Shown here: piece by piece, positions 30,734 through 41,822 of the stretch | Numbering within the stretch: position 1 is the stretch's first letter | Layout of the letters: the number at the start of each line of letters is the position of its first letter | Source: an uncultured Nitrospiraceae bacterium | Lineage (GTDB): Bacteria; Nitrospirota; Nitrospiria; Nitrospirales; Nitrospiraceae | DNA: 64,000 bases | NCBI GenBank assembly: GCA_963846575.1 | Contig: CAWJWJ010000001.1 | Location: 256,001 to 320,000, forward strand | Direction: 5' to 3' | Notes under the pieces: generated by a model | The model's input: the letters and a program-made list of their open reading frames with translations, nothing else | The model's database searches: none | Told to the model about the DNA's origin: nothing | Translations under genes and position numbers: made by a program

Positions 30734-31303
30734 TCACAACTCCACGCTCTTCGCCAGGCCGGTCCTGAATTCCTTGTACAGGACGAGCAGTCGTCCGTTC
30801 TCCACCTTCGCCGGCAGGAGATCCAGCGGACGCGGAGCCGGCCCGCCCAGGACCCGGCCGTCGATGTCATACATGCTGCCGTGACAGGGACAGAGAAATT
30901 TCCGTGAGGCGTCATCCCAGCGGTATCCGCATCCCAGGTGCGTGCAGATCGGAGAAAAGACCTTGATGTCTCCCTCCGGCTGCTTGACCGCCCAGACCGC
31001 CTTGTGCGCTTTGGTCTCCATCCATCCGTCACGGAAGGTGGTGACATGCTCCAGCTGAGTAGGTTCTCCCAGAGGCAATTCGTCGACCGGCCCGACATCC
31101 GCCCAGGTGCGGCTCCGGCGCGTAAAGGCCGGCGAAATCAGCGCACCGAGCAGCGGAACAGCCAGTCCGATGCCCACGGCTCCCGCCGCGGCGAGGGTGA
31201 CCCAATGAAAAAATTTCCGGCGGGACCCGACCGGAGTCGAGAACCCGTCCGACGGCTCATGGTCAGGCTGGTGCTGTTGGCTCGGCAATGGTGGTCGCCC
31301 CAT
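30734..31303 (-). CDS. Rieske iron-sulfur subunit
   Basis: Tat signal SRRKFF; CTHLGC and CPCHGS; GPAPRPL. Confidence 0.93.
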   Translation of the reverse strand: MGRPPLPSQQHQPDHEPSDGFSTPVGSRRKFFHWVTLAAAGAVGIGLAVPLLGALISPAFTRRSRTWADVGPVDELPLGEPTQLEHVTTFRDGWMETKAHKAVWAVKQPEGDIKVFSPICTHLGCGYRWDDASRKFLCPCHGSMYDIDGRVLGGPAPRPLDLLPAKVENGRLLVLYKEFRTGLAKSVEL

Positions 31304-31393
31304 TCAAATGCCCGCTTCCACGGAGAACAACCGGGGCCGGCGGCGTATCGCGCCCCGTCGAAGTGGTCCGCGAAGTGACCGGCGTCCGCCCGC

Positions 31394-31417
31394 GCCGGAC
31401 CTGAGGGAAGGTCCGGC
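31394..31417. other. 9-bp stem hairpin between the CBS and Rieske genes
   Basis: GCCGGACCT-gaggga-AGGTCCGGC; no U-tract. Confidence 0.4.
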
Positions 31418-31433
31418 GGCCGCCGCCAGGCCC

Positions 31434-31868
31434 TTAGGATTCGATATCCAATCCGAGACCGATCCAGGCCCGCAACAGATCATGCCGGGTGATGGAATAG
31501 GCCACGCTGCCGTTCTGGCTGACGGGAAGATTGTTCAGGCGCTTCTCCTCCATCAGGCGCACGGCCTCATCGATGGTGGTGTTCGCCGTCACCGAAATGT
31601 GCTCTTTCACCATGATCTGCTCGGCCGTCATCTGGCTGAGTTCCTTGTTGGCTTGGAGGGCCTTGAGCACATCGAACTCGCTGATGAAGCCGATGAACGT
31701 GCCCTTGTCGTCGACCACCGGCGCGCCGGACGTATGGGTCGACAACAGCTCCACCGCGATCGCCAGGCCGTTCTGCCCGGAATGGAAGAGCATTTCGTTC
31801 GTGCCGACGATCTGGCCCACCGTCTTAAATCCACCACCGGGAACTCCAGGCATTGTCCTTGTCGTCAT
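31434..31868 (-). CDS. CBS-pair protein
   Basis: SGAPVVDD.G.FIGFISEFD; NLPV; ITRHDLL. Confidence 0.9.
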   Translation of the reverse strand: MTTRTMPGVPGGGFKTVGQIVGTNEMLFHSGQNGLAIAVELLSTHTSGAPVVDDKGTFIGFISEFDVLKALQANKELSQMTAEQIMVKEHISVTANTTIDEAVRLMEEKRLNNLPVSQNGSVAYSITRHDLLRAWIGLGLDIES

Positions 31869-31901
31869 GACCGCCTCCTTCTGATGGCTGTCTTCCTGCT
31901 G

Positions 31902-32126
31902 TCACGTTTCCCGGGTTCCGGCTGACCCTCGCGGGCAGGTGTTGATGCCGGCCAGTTTCCAGGCCGGGCAGAAGCCGAGCGCCCCGGTGACCAGCGCGAT
32001 CATGCCGAGCGCCAGCGCGAGCCCCGTTCCCAGCGGCGGAAGACCGGCAAAGGCCCCGATTCCGATCAAGAGTCCACCGACCACGATACGGATCGACCGT
32101 TCCGTCCGGCCTACATTGCATGTCAT
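31902..32126 (-). CDS. DUF2892/YgaP-like membrane protein
   Basis: NVG.TER.IR, two TM, TG..GFCPAW.LAGINTC. Confidence 0.85.
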   Translation of the reverse strand: MTCNVGRTERSIRIVVGGLLIGIGAFAGLPPLGTGLALALGMIALVTGALGFCPAWKLAGINTCPRGSAGTRET

Positions 32127-32235
32127 AGGACGCTCCTTCTGATTTCGCTCGACCGCCGCCCGAGCCGTCTTGCCTGCGCAGGCGGTCTGCACGGAGACTC
32201 CGCGGTTGGAGAACGATTCGCGGTCCCGCCCGGAC

Positions 32236-32706
32236 TCACTCGTGTGTGGAGAACCGGTACATGTCGTGACACGTGGTGCAGCGCGCGGTCATGCTCGACA
32301 AGCGGTTCAAAATTTGAACGGACGATTCTCCCTGCGCAATGCCGTCCGCCAGGTGATCCATGTCTCTGTGAATCGACATGCCCATCTGCTTAAACGCAAG
32401 GGGCAGCTTCACCATGATGACCGGATTCACATCCGCCGCCATTTCCATTCCAGCCGCGCGAGCCGCGCTTTCCGCCGGTTTGAAATTCTGATCCGGACTG
32501 CCCAGGACCGTCACGACACCATGTACCGCCTTGAGCAAATGCCGCATCTCATCCAACACCGCCTCCCGTTCCGTCGGAGCCAGCGCGATTTCCGTCCTCC
32601 TGTCTGTTCCCGGTCTGGTCTGCCCCAGAATAAACAAGGCGACCATGATCCCGAGCGTGATCACCCAGAGAACCAGAGACCCCAACCCGAACAGGCGCCA
32701 ATTCAT
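32236..32706 (-). CDS. Membrane-anchored cytochrome c'-like protein
   Basis: N-terminal TM, helical body, C-terminal CTTCH..YR. Confidence 0.8.
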   Translation of the reverse strand: MNWRLFGLGSLVLWVITLGIMVALFILGQTRPGTDRRTEIALAPTEREAVLDEMRHLLKAVHGVVTVLGSPDQNFKPAESAARAAGMEMAADVNPVIMVKLPLAFKQMGMSIHRDMDHLADGIAQGESSVQILNRLSSMTARCTTCHDMYRFSTHE

Positions 32707-32929
32707 CGTACGATTCGCTCCCGTCGCTGAGGGAGAGGGGAGGCGCGACCCGCTGTCGAGCGGTCCGCAGGTATCCCGTCACATCGCGGTTCTCTTCATC
32801 TGAGAGAAGAAGTTTCCACGTACCCCTCCCCCCTCCCACTAACTCCATCCCTCGATCCAACCTGCCGTGAGGCGAGAGAACCGCCCCGTGCAGTCCTCCC
32901 GCCCCCCACGACCGGATCGTCCTCCACCG

Positions 32930-33872
32930 TCAGGTGGATTTCCGGATATCGATGATCTTGCCTTCTTCGTTCAATTCCACCGTGATGCCCATTTCCCTCT
33001 TCAATGACCGACAGCTTGCTGCGTCCGGTCTGGACGTCGAACGTCTTTTCACCTTCAGGCGTCCACAGCTTGATCGCTTTCTTGTCCGAAGCGGCATAGG
33101 CGAGTTTCCCGCTGATGTACCGGTGCCGATGCTGTGTGTCGCCCTTGCGGTGGTGATCGACCACGACATTGTTTTCATTCACCCAGAGCGACAGCTCATC
33201 ACCGACTTTGATGTCGGCGGGAGCGGTCTTGGCATTGAGCCCATAATTCGCGCCGGGCGTCTCGACCGTGACCATGCCTGATCCGATCTTGGAGACCTTG
33301 CCGGCCAGTTGAATGTGGTAGCCCGGCTTGGTTTTCGGATTCGCCTCGATCGTCACATCGACCTGCGCCTTGTGGATGTCGATGACCTTGCCGGCCTCGT
33401 TCAATTCCACCGTGATCGGCGCCCCCTCGTCGATCCCGCTGAGTTGAGACCGCCCTTTCTCCACCGCAAAGGTCTTGTCCCCGTCAGGCGTCCAGAGGGT
33501 GATTTCCGTCTTGTCATTGGACGCATATTTCAATTTGCCGACGAGGTGACGATGGTGGTGGGCGGGCTCACCCGTCCGGTGCACGTCAATCACCACATTG
33601 TTTTCACTCACCGTCATCTCGATTTCTTCGCCGACCTTGATGTTCTTCGGAGCGGTCTCACTGGTGAATGTGATCTGGCCCCAGGTGGTCTTGGCGAACA
33701 CGACGCCCGATTTCATCGCCGAGACGACTCCGCTCACCTTCATGTGGGTACCGGCTCCAGAATGCACCCCCTCGTCGGCTAATACCGGTACAGCCAAACA
33801 GAACATGAGCCCCAACAGACCTACGGCCTGACCGACAGGACGAAGCCCCCTCCGCAATGCCCGCATAGTCAC
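32930..33872 (-). CDS. Secreted His-rich tandem-repeat beta protein, frameshift near 32993
   Basis: Signal peptide; two ~145-aa repeats; removing one base restores EEGMGITVELNEEGKIIDIRKST, matching repeat 1. Confidence 0.75.
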
Positions 33873-33966
33873 TCGTCCTCGTTAAATATCTCCGCGCGCC
33901 CGGCAATCCCGGGAAGACGTCTGCGCCTGCCCGCTATCCCGGGGGTCCACTTGCCTGGGTCAGAAT

Positions 33967-33981
33967 GCGAGCGCCGTGCCA
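33967..33981 (-). promoter_or_regulatory. Sigma54 promoter candidate
   Basis: Minus strand TGGCAC-GGCGC-TCGC, about 95 nt upstream of the repeat-protein gene. Confidence 0.65.
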
Positions 33982-34068
33982 GTGAGGCGGCACCCCCGTG
34001 AAACGAAGGCCTGAGGCATGACCAGGCGCGCCGGATGAAGAGCCGGAGGCTGGGCAGAACGAGTCCAA

Positions 34069-34117
34069 TGAAGAGAATTACCCCAAGGGGTGAACCGCAC
34101 TGGGGCAACATGCCACA
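34069..34117. promoter_or_regulatory. Tandem candidate bEBP binding sites
   Basis: TGAAG-AGAATTA-CCCCA (34069) and TGGGG-CAACATG-CCACA (34101), 32 nt apart. Confidence 0.6.
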
Positions 34118-34133
34118 GTGACCGGTGTCTCCG

Positions 34134-34569
34134 TCAGGCGATAACCGGTTCAAGACTGATGCGGGTTTTCATGCTATTGGAGATCAAACAGTGAGCCTCG
34201 GCTTTTTCGATCAGTTCCTTCGCCTTGGCCGTGTCCTGGCCAGGAGGAAGCGTGATGTGGGGCCGTAAGGTGATCGTCGTCATTTGAAATTTTCCGTCCA
34301 CGAGTTCGAGGCGTCCTTCCGCCTCGCAGCGATAGGCAGTGAACGTCACGCCCGCCCGTTCCGCCAGCGCCAGGAACGTCGTCATGACGCAGGTATTGGC
34401 GGCCGCGATGTACAAATCCTCGGGCGACCAGATCCCCTCATGCCCTTTGAACTCGGGCGGCGTCGCAACCTGAACCTCCGGCTTGCCGTCCGATCGTGAT
34501 GATCCCTTTCTTTTGTTCCGTCCACTTCACCGCGTTTCGATAGGTAAAACTTTTGCCGCGAACCTCCAT
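34134..34569 (-). CDS. OsmC-family protein, frameshift near 34494
   Basis: MEVRGKSFTY..W, then +1 frame VATPPEFKG..WSPEDL..AAANTC...HCLISNS. Confidence 0.82.
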
Positions 34570-34614
34570 TGCTCCCTCCCGACGCTCATGGTGGCGTCTC
34601 TGCGGACTGTCAGG

Positions 34615-36258
<1,644 letters not shown>

Positions 36259-36312
36259 CCTTCCGATCCGGAATTGTTGTTCGTCACCGCACCCCTTCGA
36301 GACGGCTCGTGC

Positions 36313-37278
36313 TCATGCGAGCGGTCGCTCCGCCATCGCCTGCGGCATGACACGGATGTGATCCAGTGCGAGTTGAAGCGTCTTGACGGTCAAGACGGGA
36401 CAGGTCGCTTGGCGTATCACGGCTTCCGCGACGCTTCCGAAGCGACTGTCCGAGAGGCCGCGACGCCCATGGGTGCCCATCACCACCAGATCGAACTGAT
36501 GCCGCAACGCGCAGGCGAGGATTGCATCGGACGGCATGCCGCCTGAAATCTCGAACGTGGCCTCCAGTTCCTGCGCGGCAGCGAACTGCGTGAGTTCCGT
36601 CAACTGCCTGGTCCAATGGTCTCGTTTGCCGACTTCCTCCTCGATCAGGCCAAGGCCGCAATCCAGGTCGTAACAGACCGGCTCCAGCACATGCATCAAC
36701 GTCACCGCGGCACCAAGGCCCTTGGCCAGTTGGATGGCATATTCCGCCGCATCCAGAGAGGGACCGGAAAAATCCACCGGGACCAGAATATGCCTGATGG
36801 GCACCTGGCGGCTCGCGGTCAAGGGCTTGCCTGCTTCCTCTCGCAGTCCCGGCACGGCAAGGACCGGGCAGGGTCCCTCCCTCATGACCCGCTCCACGGT
36901 ACTGCCGATCAGCCCGTACATGAGGTTCGTCTGCCCTTGAACACCCATGACCACCAGGCTCGCCCCGTTGGTTTTCGCAGCAAGGCAGATCTGCTCGTGC
37001 GGCTTCCCCAGCACCTGCCGCACCCTCACCGACAGGTTCCGCTCCATCATCTGATCCCGCACCGCCTCCAATCGCCGGGCCGCATCGGCTTTCGCCTGTC
37101 CGATCAGCGCGATGGTCTCGACATCGGCACCCAACCAGGGAGGCGCTTCGAGCACGTGCAACACGTCTAACGAGGCATCCCACGCCGCCGTCAGGCAGAT
37201 GGCAAACTCCTGCGCATGCGAGGCATCATCGGAAAAGTCGGTAGCGAAGAGAATTCGCGTCATCAGTGGCGTCGTCAT
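36313..37278 (-). CDS. Tandem-domain universal stress protein
   Basis: ILFATDFS, ILVPVDFS, GTHGRRG..FGSVAE. Confidence 0.92.
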   Translation of the reverse strand: MTTPLMTRILFATDFSDDASHAQEFAICLTAAWDASLDVLHVLEAPPWLGADVETIALIGQAKADAARRLEAVRDQMMERNLSVRVRQVLGKPHEQICLAAKTNGASLVVMGVQGQTNLMYGLIGSTVERVMREGPCPVLAVPGLREEAGKPLTASRQVPIRHILVPVDFSGPSLDAAEYAIQLAKGLGAAVTLMHVLEPVCYDLDCGLGLIEEEVGKRDHWTRQLTELTQFAAAQELEATFEISGGMPSDAILACALRHQFDLVVMGTHGRRGLSDSRFGSVAEAVIRQATCPVLTVKTLQLALDHIRVMPQAMAERPLA

Positions 37279-37546
37279 AGAGCCTCCTTAGACGAAGATG
37301 CGCCACCCCCCATGATACGGCCGCCCCTGTTCCGGTACGAGCCGTGACGTCGGGATCAGCGCCGAAGATGGTCTTGCAAGGCGCACGGCGCCGGGAAATG
37401 ACGGTCGCGCCGGGGCACCGCGTGAAACGAAACGAACAGCGCTTCCTGGCAGATGGCGATCTCATCCTGCATCATACCAATGAATGTCCTTCAATCCTCA
37501 TCGAACATGCGCACTCTTTCAGTTGCCACCCGCCCCAGGGCGAAGG

Positions 37547-38023
37547 CTAGGAAAACCTCTCCCCGACCCACTCCCCCAGGTAATGCGTGCTCGCCACGAC
37601 ACAGAGCCCGATGACGACATGTTCGCCGATGACTTTCCAGGGAGGAACCTCTTGCGCGCGCGCCAGCAGGTAGCTCAGTCCCGCCAACAGCGAAAACCCC
37701 CAGACCAGACTGGCCACGATGGCCAGGTCCAGCGGCAGGAACAGCACCGGAATCGTGAAGGTCCCGGCGATCACGAATTTGGCCGCAAACGTCGCGACGG
37801 TCGACTCCCAAATCTCGTCGGTATGTCCATGATTCTTGGATTCTTCCGCGATGTGAATTCCCAAGGCATCGGACATGGCATCGGCCACCGCAATCGTAAG
37901 AATTCCTCCCAGCACGGCCGGCATCGAACGGGTGCCGGCATGCAGCCCCACCATGAGTCCCAGCGTCGTGATCACGCCGGACGTGAGACCGAAACTGAAA
38001 CCCGTCTTGAACGACTGGCGCAT
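37547..38023 (-). CDS. VIT1/CCC1-family membrane protein
   Basis: FGLTSGVITTLG; ADAMSDALGIHIAEES; five TM. Confidence 0.8.
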   Translation of the reverse strand: MRQSFKTGFSFGLTSGVITTLGLMVGLHAGTRSMPAVLGGILTIAVADAMSDALGIHIAEESKNHGHTDEIWESTVATFAAKFVIAGTFTIPVLFLPLDLAIVASLVWGFSLLAGLSYLLARAQEVPPWKVIGEHVVIGLCVVASTHYLGEWVGERFS

Positions 38024-38077
38024 AGGTCCTGACCTGTTTTTCGAGAGACCCCCCTCAAGCAGGGCCGGTCGCAACCG

Positions 38078-38725
38078 TCAGCAGTCCCTCTTCCCTGTTC
38101 CCTTCAGGCAGGCGGTCATCCAACCCTCCATCGCGTGAAGCAGCTGGGCCACGGCGCGATTGGCCGCGAGGACACCTCCGTAGGCATCCTCGCTCGGAGC
38201 CGGTTCGAGCGCGTCAAAATTCCGTGCGCCCAGCAGGCGCTGCGCGTTCAGGTCGATCAGCTGCGCGCGCAGCACAATGCGGGTCCGGCTCGGTTGCTGG
38301 AGGAACTCCTGTTGCACCACCAGACCGGAGGTCTCCAGGCGGTAATCTCCCCGGACCGTCGTCGGGATGGGCACCACCGCGCGCCAGAGTCCCGTGGATT
38401 CGAGGGAACGGATCAGCAGGGGAACCAACATGCGGGCCGGCGCATCGGCCCATTGGTTCGTCGCGTAAAAGTTCACTTCGTAGGGCCTCTGCACGTATGC
38501 GATTCGCGGCTGGTCGAACCCGGCTTCCGCCTGCGGCAGCCCGACGATCAGGATGCCATGGACTCCCGGCGGCATGGCCTGCGGTCGGCTGTCCCAGGCC
38601 GATTCCGCCGGCGCCAGCACATAGGTATGGGCCGGCCCCTCCGTTGAACGGGAGAGTGCGCAGGCTGCGGCGGCGGAACAGAAGAGGGCCACGCCGACGG
38701 ATTTCATGATGCCCCGGATCACCAC
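38078..38725 (-). CDS. ABC transport auxiliary lipoprotein (PqiC-like)
   Basis: Lipobox AAAC; FDQPRIAY; WADAPARM. Confidence 0.85.
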   Translation of the reverse strand: MVIRGIMKSVGVALFCSAAAACALSRSTEGPAHTYVLAPAESAWDSRPQAMPPGVHGILIVGLPQAEAGFDQPRIAYVQRPYEVNFYATNQWADAPARMLVPLLIRSLESTGLWRAVVPIPTTVRGDYRLETSGLVVQQEFLQQPSRTRIVLRAQLIDLNAQRLLGARNFDALEPAPSEDAYGGVLAANRAVAQLLHAMEGWMTACLKGTGKRDC

Positions 38726-38734
38726 AGCCGGTCC

Positions 38735-39697
38735 CTATTCCCCCGGACCCTTCGGTTGAGCGGAACGGCCCAGGACCAACACATTCGGTTGTCGTTCGAT
38801 TTGCTGCGCCACATGATTCAAAGTCGCGGTGAGTTGCCGCAATTCGCCAATGAGCAACCCCATTTCCGCCAGCGTCTGATGGGAGAAGCGCTCGAGGTCA
38901 GGCTTGCTGGCTCCGACGACCTCCCCGACCGACCGGCCCGTACGCGCCAACTCCGCGCTCATCTGCTCCAGTCCCGCCGCACTTTTTGTGACGCGCTCCA
39001 GCAACAACGGAAGCTGTGTATCGAGCTGCCCGGTCAGCCGCGCCGATTGCTCGGCCGCCTGCGCCGCGCTCCGCACCCCCCGATCGACCTGCCCGCTGCT
39101 GGCCGCCAGCGCCCTGCTCACCTCCGACAGGTCCTTGACCATTTGCTTGAGCATCATGCGGGTTTCTTCGTCCAGGACCGAGGAGGCATTCCGGGCGAGG
39201 CCGTTAAAATTCACGACCAGGCTTGCCAGCCCCTCTTCCGAGAAGACCTGTGACAGGACTTTATCCAGCCGTCCGAACAGCGACGGCGCGCTCTTGATCG
39301 CCGGGTAGGGAGGGTCGGCGCTGGGCTGCAACAGGGGGGCGTCCCGGCTGCCGCCCGTCAGATTGAGCGTCACCAGTCCCGTGAGTCCTTGCGTCACGAG
39401 CATGGCCTCCGTATCCGTCTTCACCGGGGTTCCCCGCACGAGGGCCACCCGCACGCGCACCTGCTCCGGGTTGTCCGGGTTCAGCACGACCTCCTTGACC
39501 CGGCCGACCTCCACACCGCGATACTTGACGGTCGAATCGACGCTCAACCCGGCGACGGATTCCTGGGTGTAGACCCAGTAGCGATCATACTCCCCACGAT
39601 ACTCCGATTTGCCGAGCCAGAGGATGACGCCCAGGACCGTCATCCCCAGCAATACGAGGAACGCCCCGACCATGACAAAGTTGACCTTCGGTTCCAT
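38735..39697 (-). CDS. mlaD: MCE/MlaD-family protein
   Basis: SVAGLSVDSTVKYRGVEVGRV; long helical C-terminus ending KGPGE. Confidence 0.9.
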   Translation of the reverse strand: MEPKVNFVMVGAFLVLLGMTVLGVILWLGKSEYRGEYDRYWVYTQESVAGLSVDSTVKYRGVEVGRVKEVVLNPDNPEQVRVRVALVRGTPVKTDTEAMLVTQGLTGLVTLNLTGGSRDAPLLQPSADPPYPAIKSAPSLFGRLDKVLSQVFSEEGLASLVVNFNGLARNASSVLDEETRMMLKQMVKDLSEVSRALAASSGQVDRGVRSAAQAAEQSARLTGQLDTQLPLLLERVTKSAAGLEQMSAELARTGRSVGEVVGASKPDLERFSHQTLAEMGLLIGELRQLTATLNHVAQQIERQPNVLVLGRSAQPKGPGE

Positions 39698-39707
39698 GGG
39701 TCCCCTC

Positions 39708-40538
39708 TCACTCCTGGTGCATCACCGTTCCGGCATATTGCAATCGTGCCGCACGCCCGCGCGGTCCGTTGAAATATTCATGCACGACGGGGTCCTCACA
39801 ATGCGCGAGTTCTTCCATCGTCCCTAGTCCCAGCACCTTCCCGCTGCCCAACACGACCACCCGATCGGCCAGCCGCCAGAGGGTATCCAGATCGTGCGTC
39901 ACCATCACCACCGTAAACCCCAGCAGCCGTTTCAGATGCACCAGGAGCTGATCGAAGCCGTCCGCGATGATCGGATCCAGCCCCGCCGTCGGTTCGTCGA
40001 GGAACAGCAGTTCCGGATCCATGACGATGGCGCGTGCGAGCGCCGCACGCCGCCTCATCCCGCCGCTGAGTTCGCCCGGATATTTGTCGGCGCTGTCCTT
40101 CGGCAACCCGACCAGGGCGATCTTCAACGCCACGATGTCCTGAATCGTGTCCTGGCTCAGGAACGTGTGCTCGCGCAGGGGCACCGCCACATTTTCCGCC
40201 AGTGTCATGGAGCTGAACAGTGCGCCGCCCTGGAACATGACCCCGAATCGGCGATGTAACGGCTGCCCCTCCGGGGCTTCGAGTTCTCGACTGTCCCGGC
40301 CGAACAGACGAATGACCCCTGAGGTCGGGGTGAGCAGGCCGACGATCTCGCGCAGCAAGGTAGACTTCCCCGAGCCGTTGCCGCCGGCGATGGCGAAAAT
40401 CTCCCCGCGCACGACCATGAGGCTCACGTCTTCATGCACGACCGTCCGGCCGAACCGCGTCGAGACGTGGCTGACCTCGATGAGGGGACGTTCGGCAAGA
40501 TCTCCCTGCGTCACCGTCACTGGCGGCTCCTGCGTCAT
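39708..40538 (-). CDS. mlaF: ABC ATPase, MlaF-like
   Basis: GGNGSGKS, LSGGMRRR, DEPTAGLD. Confidence 0.92.
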   Translation of the reverse strand: MTQEPPVTVTQGDLAERPLIEVSHVSTRFGRTVVHEDVSLMVVRGEIFAIAGGNGSGKSTLLREIVGLLTPTSGVIRLFGRDSRELEAPEGQPLHRRFGVMFQGGALFSSMTLAENVAVPLREHTFLSQDTIQDIVALKIALVGLPKDSADKYPGELSGGMRRRAALARAIVMDPELLFLDEPTAGLDPIIADGFDQLLVHLKRLLGFTVVMVTHDLDTLWRLADRVVVLGSGKVLGLGTMEELAHCEDPVVHEYFNGPRGRAARLQYAGTVMHQE

Positions 40539-40615
40539 AGGACAGCCTGTGGTGGACTGGATGCGCCGCGGGCCGCCGCGGAAGGAGCACCATGCGCACA
40601 GAGGTGGAAATCCAT
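40535..40615 (-). CDS. 26-aa coupled ORF (MDFHLCAHGAPS...)
   Basis: RBS GGAGGTGA; TGA overlaps the mlaF ATG. Confidence 0.3.
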   Translation of the reverse strand: MDFHLCAHGAPSAAARGASSPPQAVL

Positions 40616-40626
40616 GTCACCTCCCG

Positions 40627-41748
40627 CTAGAGGTCGTACCAATTCAAGAGAATGCTGCAGACCGCATCGAAGACGATGACGAGAAAGATGCTCTGCACCA
40701 CACTGATCGTCGTATGCCGCCCCACGTCGTCCACGCCGCCGTCGATTTGCAGGCCTTGATAACAGCCGACCAGCGCAATGATGGCGCCGAAGAAAGGTGC
40801 CTTGCCGATTCCGATCAGGAAATGACGCAGCGCAATCGCCTCTTCGAAACGCGAGAGAAAGGCGCCGGCACTCACGTCCAACTGGTTCGACGCAATCAAC
40901 ATGCCCCCGAAGACCCCGAGGGCATCGGCATAGACGGTGAGGAGGGGTACCGCCACGATCAAGGCCAACACCCTTGGGAGCACCAGCAATTCGACCGGCG
41001 ACAGCCCGAATGTCTTGACCGCATCCAGTTCCTCCGTCACCTTCATCGTGCCGATTTGTGCGGCATAGGCCGACCCCGATCGACCGGCGATCAGAATCGC
41101 GACGATCAGGGGAGCGATTTCGCGCAGGAGCGAGATCCCCACCAGGTCGACGATGAAAATGTTCGTGCCGAACTTGCGGAGTTGTTCGGCTCCCTGATAG
41201 GCGATCACCACCCCGATGAGAAATGTGAGCAGTCCCGTAATCGGCAAGGCATTGACCCCGTCGATCCGCAGGCTCTCCAGACTGGTGCGCCAGCGAATCC
41301 GGGTGGGCGTCACGAAGAATCGCAGGCTCGCGGCGGCGCTTTCTCCCACAAACGCCAACGCCCGGATCAGGTCGGCGTATCGGCTGCGGACATTGGTTTC
41401 GAGACCCGGTCCCCGATGTGGACGGAGTGGAACGTCTGTGGTGATGGCGCTCCTGTGGGATGCCACCAGACTCAAGAGCTGCGCATAGTCAGACCGTAAG
41501 CCTTGAATCGTCACCTCGCAACCCCGCCGCTGCGCTTCCGTCAGGATACGCTGCAGGACGACGGCGCCCCCGGTATCGAATGCGTGAATGTCACTGGTGT
41601 CGAGCACCAGCGCCCCGCGCGGCGGCCAGACGGTTTCCCTGAGGGCCTGTTCGACCGGCGCGATTTCCGGCATGGTCCAGGATCCCTGGCAGCGCAGCAG
41701 CCGGTCTTTTACCAAGGTCACCGAAGCCCGCTGTTCCTGGTCATCCAT
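40627..41748 (-). CDS. mlaE: MlaE-family permease with N-terminal STAS domain
   Basis: FDTGGA STAS motif; REIAPL..ILIAGRSGSA..AQIGTMKVTEELDA. Confidence 0.92.
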   Translation of the reverse strand: MDDQEQRASVTLVKDRLLRCQGSWTMPEIAPVEQALRETVWPPRGALVLDTSDIHAFDTGGAVVLQRILTEAQRRGCEVTIQGLRSDYAQLLSLVASHRSAITTDVPLRPHRGPGLETNVRSRYADLIRALAFVGESAAASLRFFVTPTRIRWRTSLESLRIDGVNALPITGLLTFLIGVVIAYQGAEQLRKFGTNIFIVDLVGISLLREIAPLIVAILIAGRSGSAYAAQIGTMKVTEELDAVKTFGLSPVELLVLPRVLALIVAVPLLTVYADALGVFGGMLIASNQLDVSAGAFLSRFEEAIALRHFLIGIGKAPFFGAIIALVGCYQGLQIDGGVDDVGRHTTISVVQSIFLVIVFDAVCSILLNWYDL

Positions 41749-41822
41749 GAGTCGACAGGCGAGGCCTGCTCCGCGCCGTTCGTCAGGGCAGGCATAGCCC
41801 GGCCCCGACAGCCCTTTCGACA

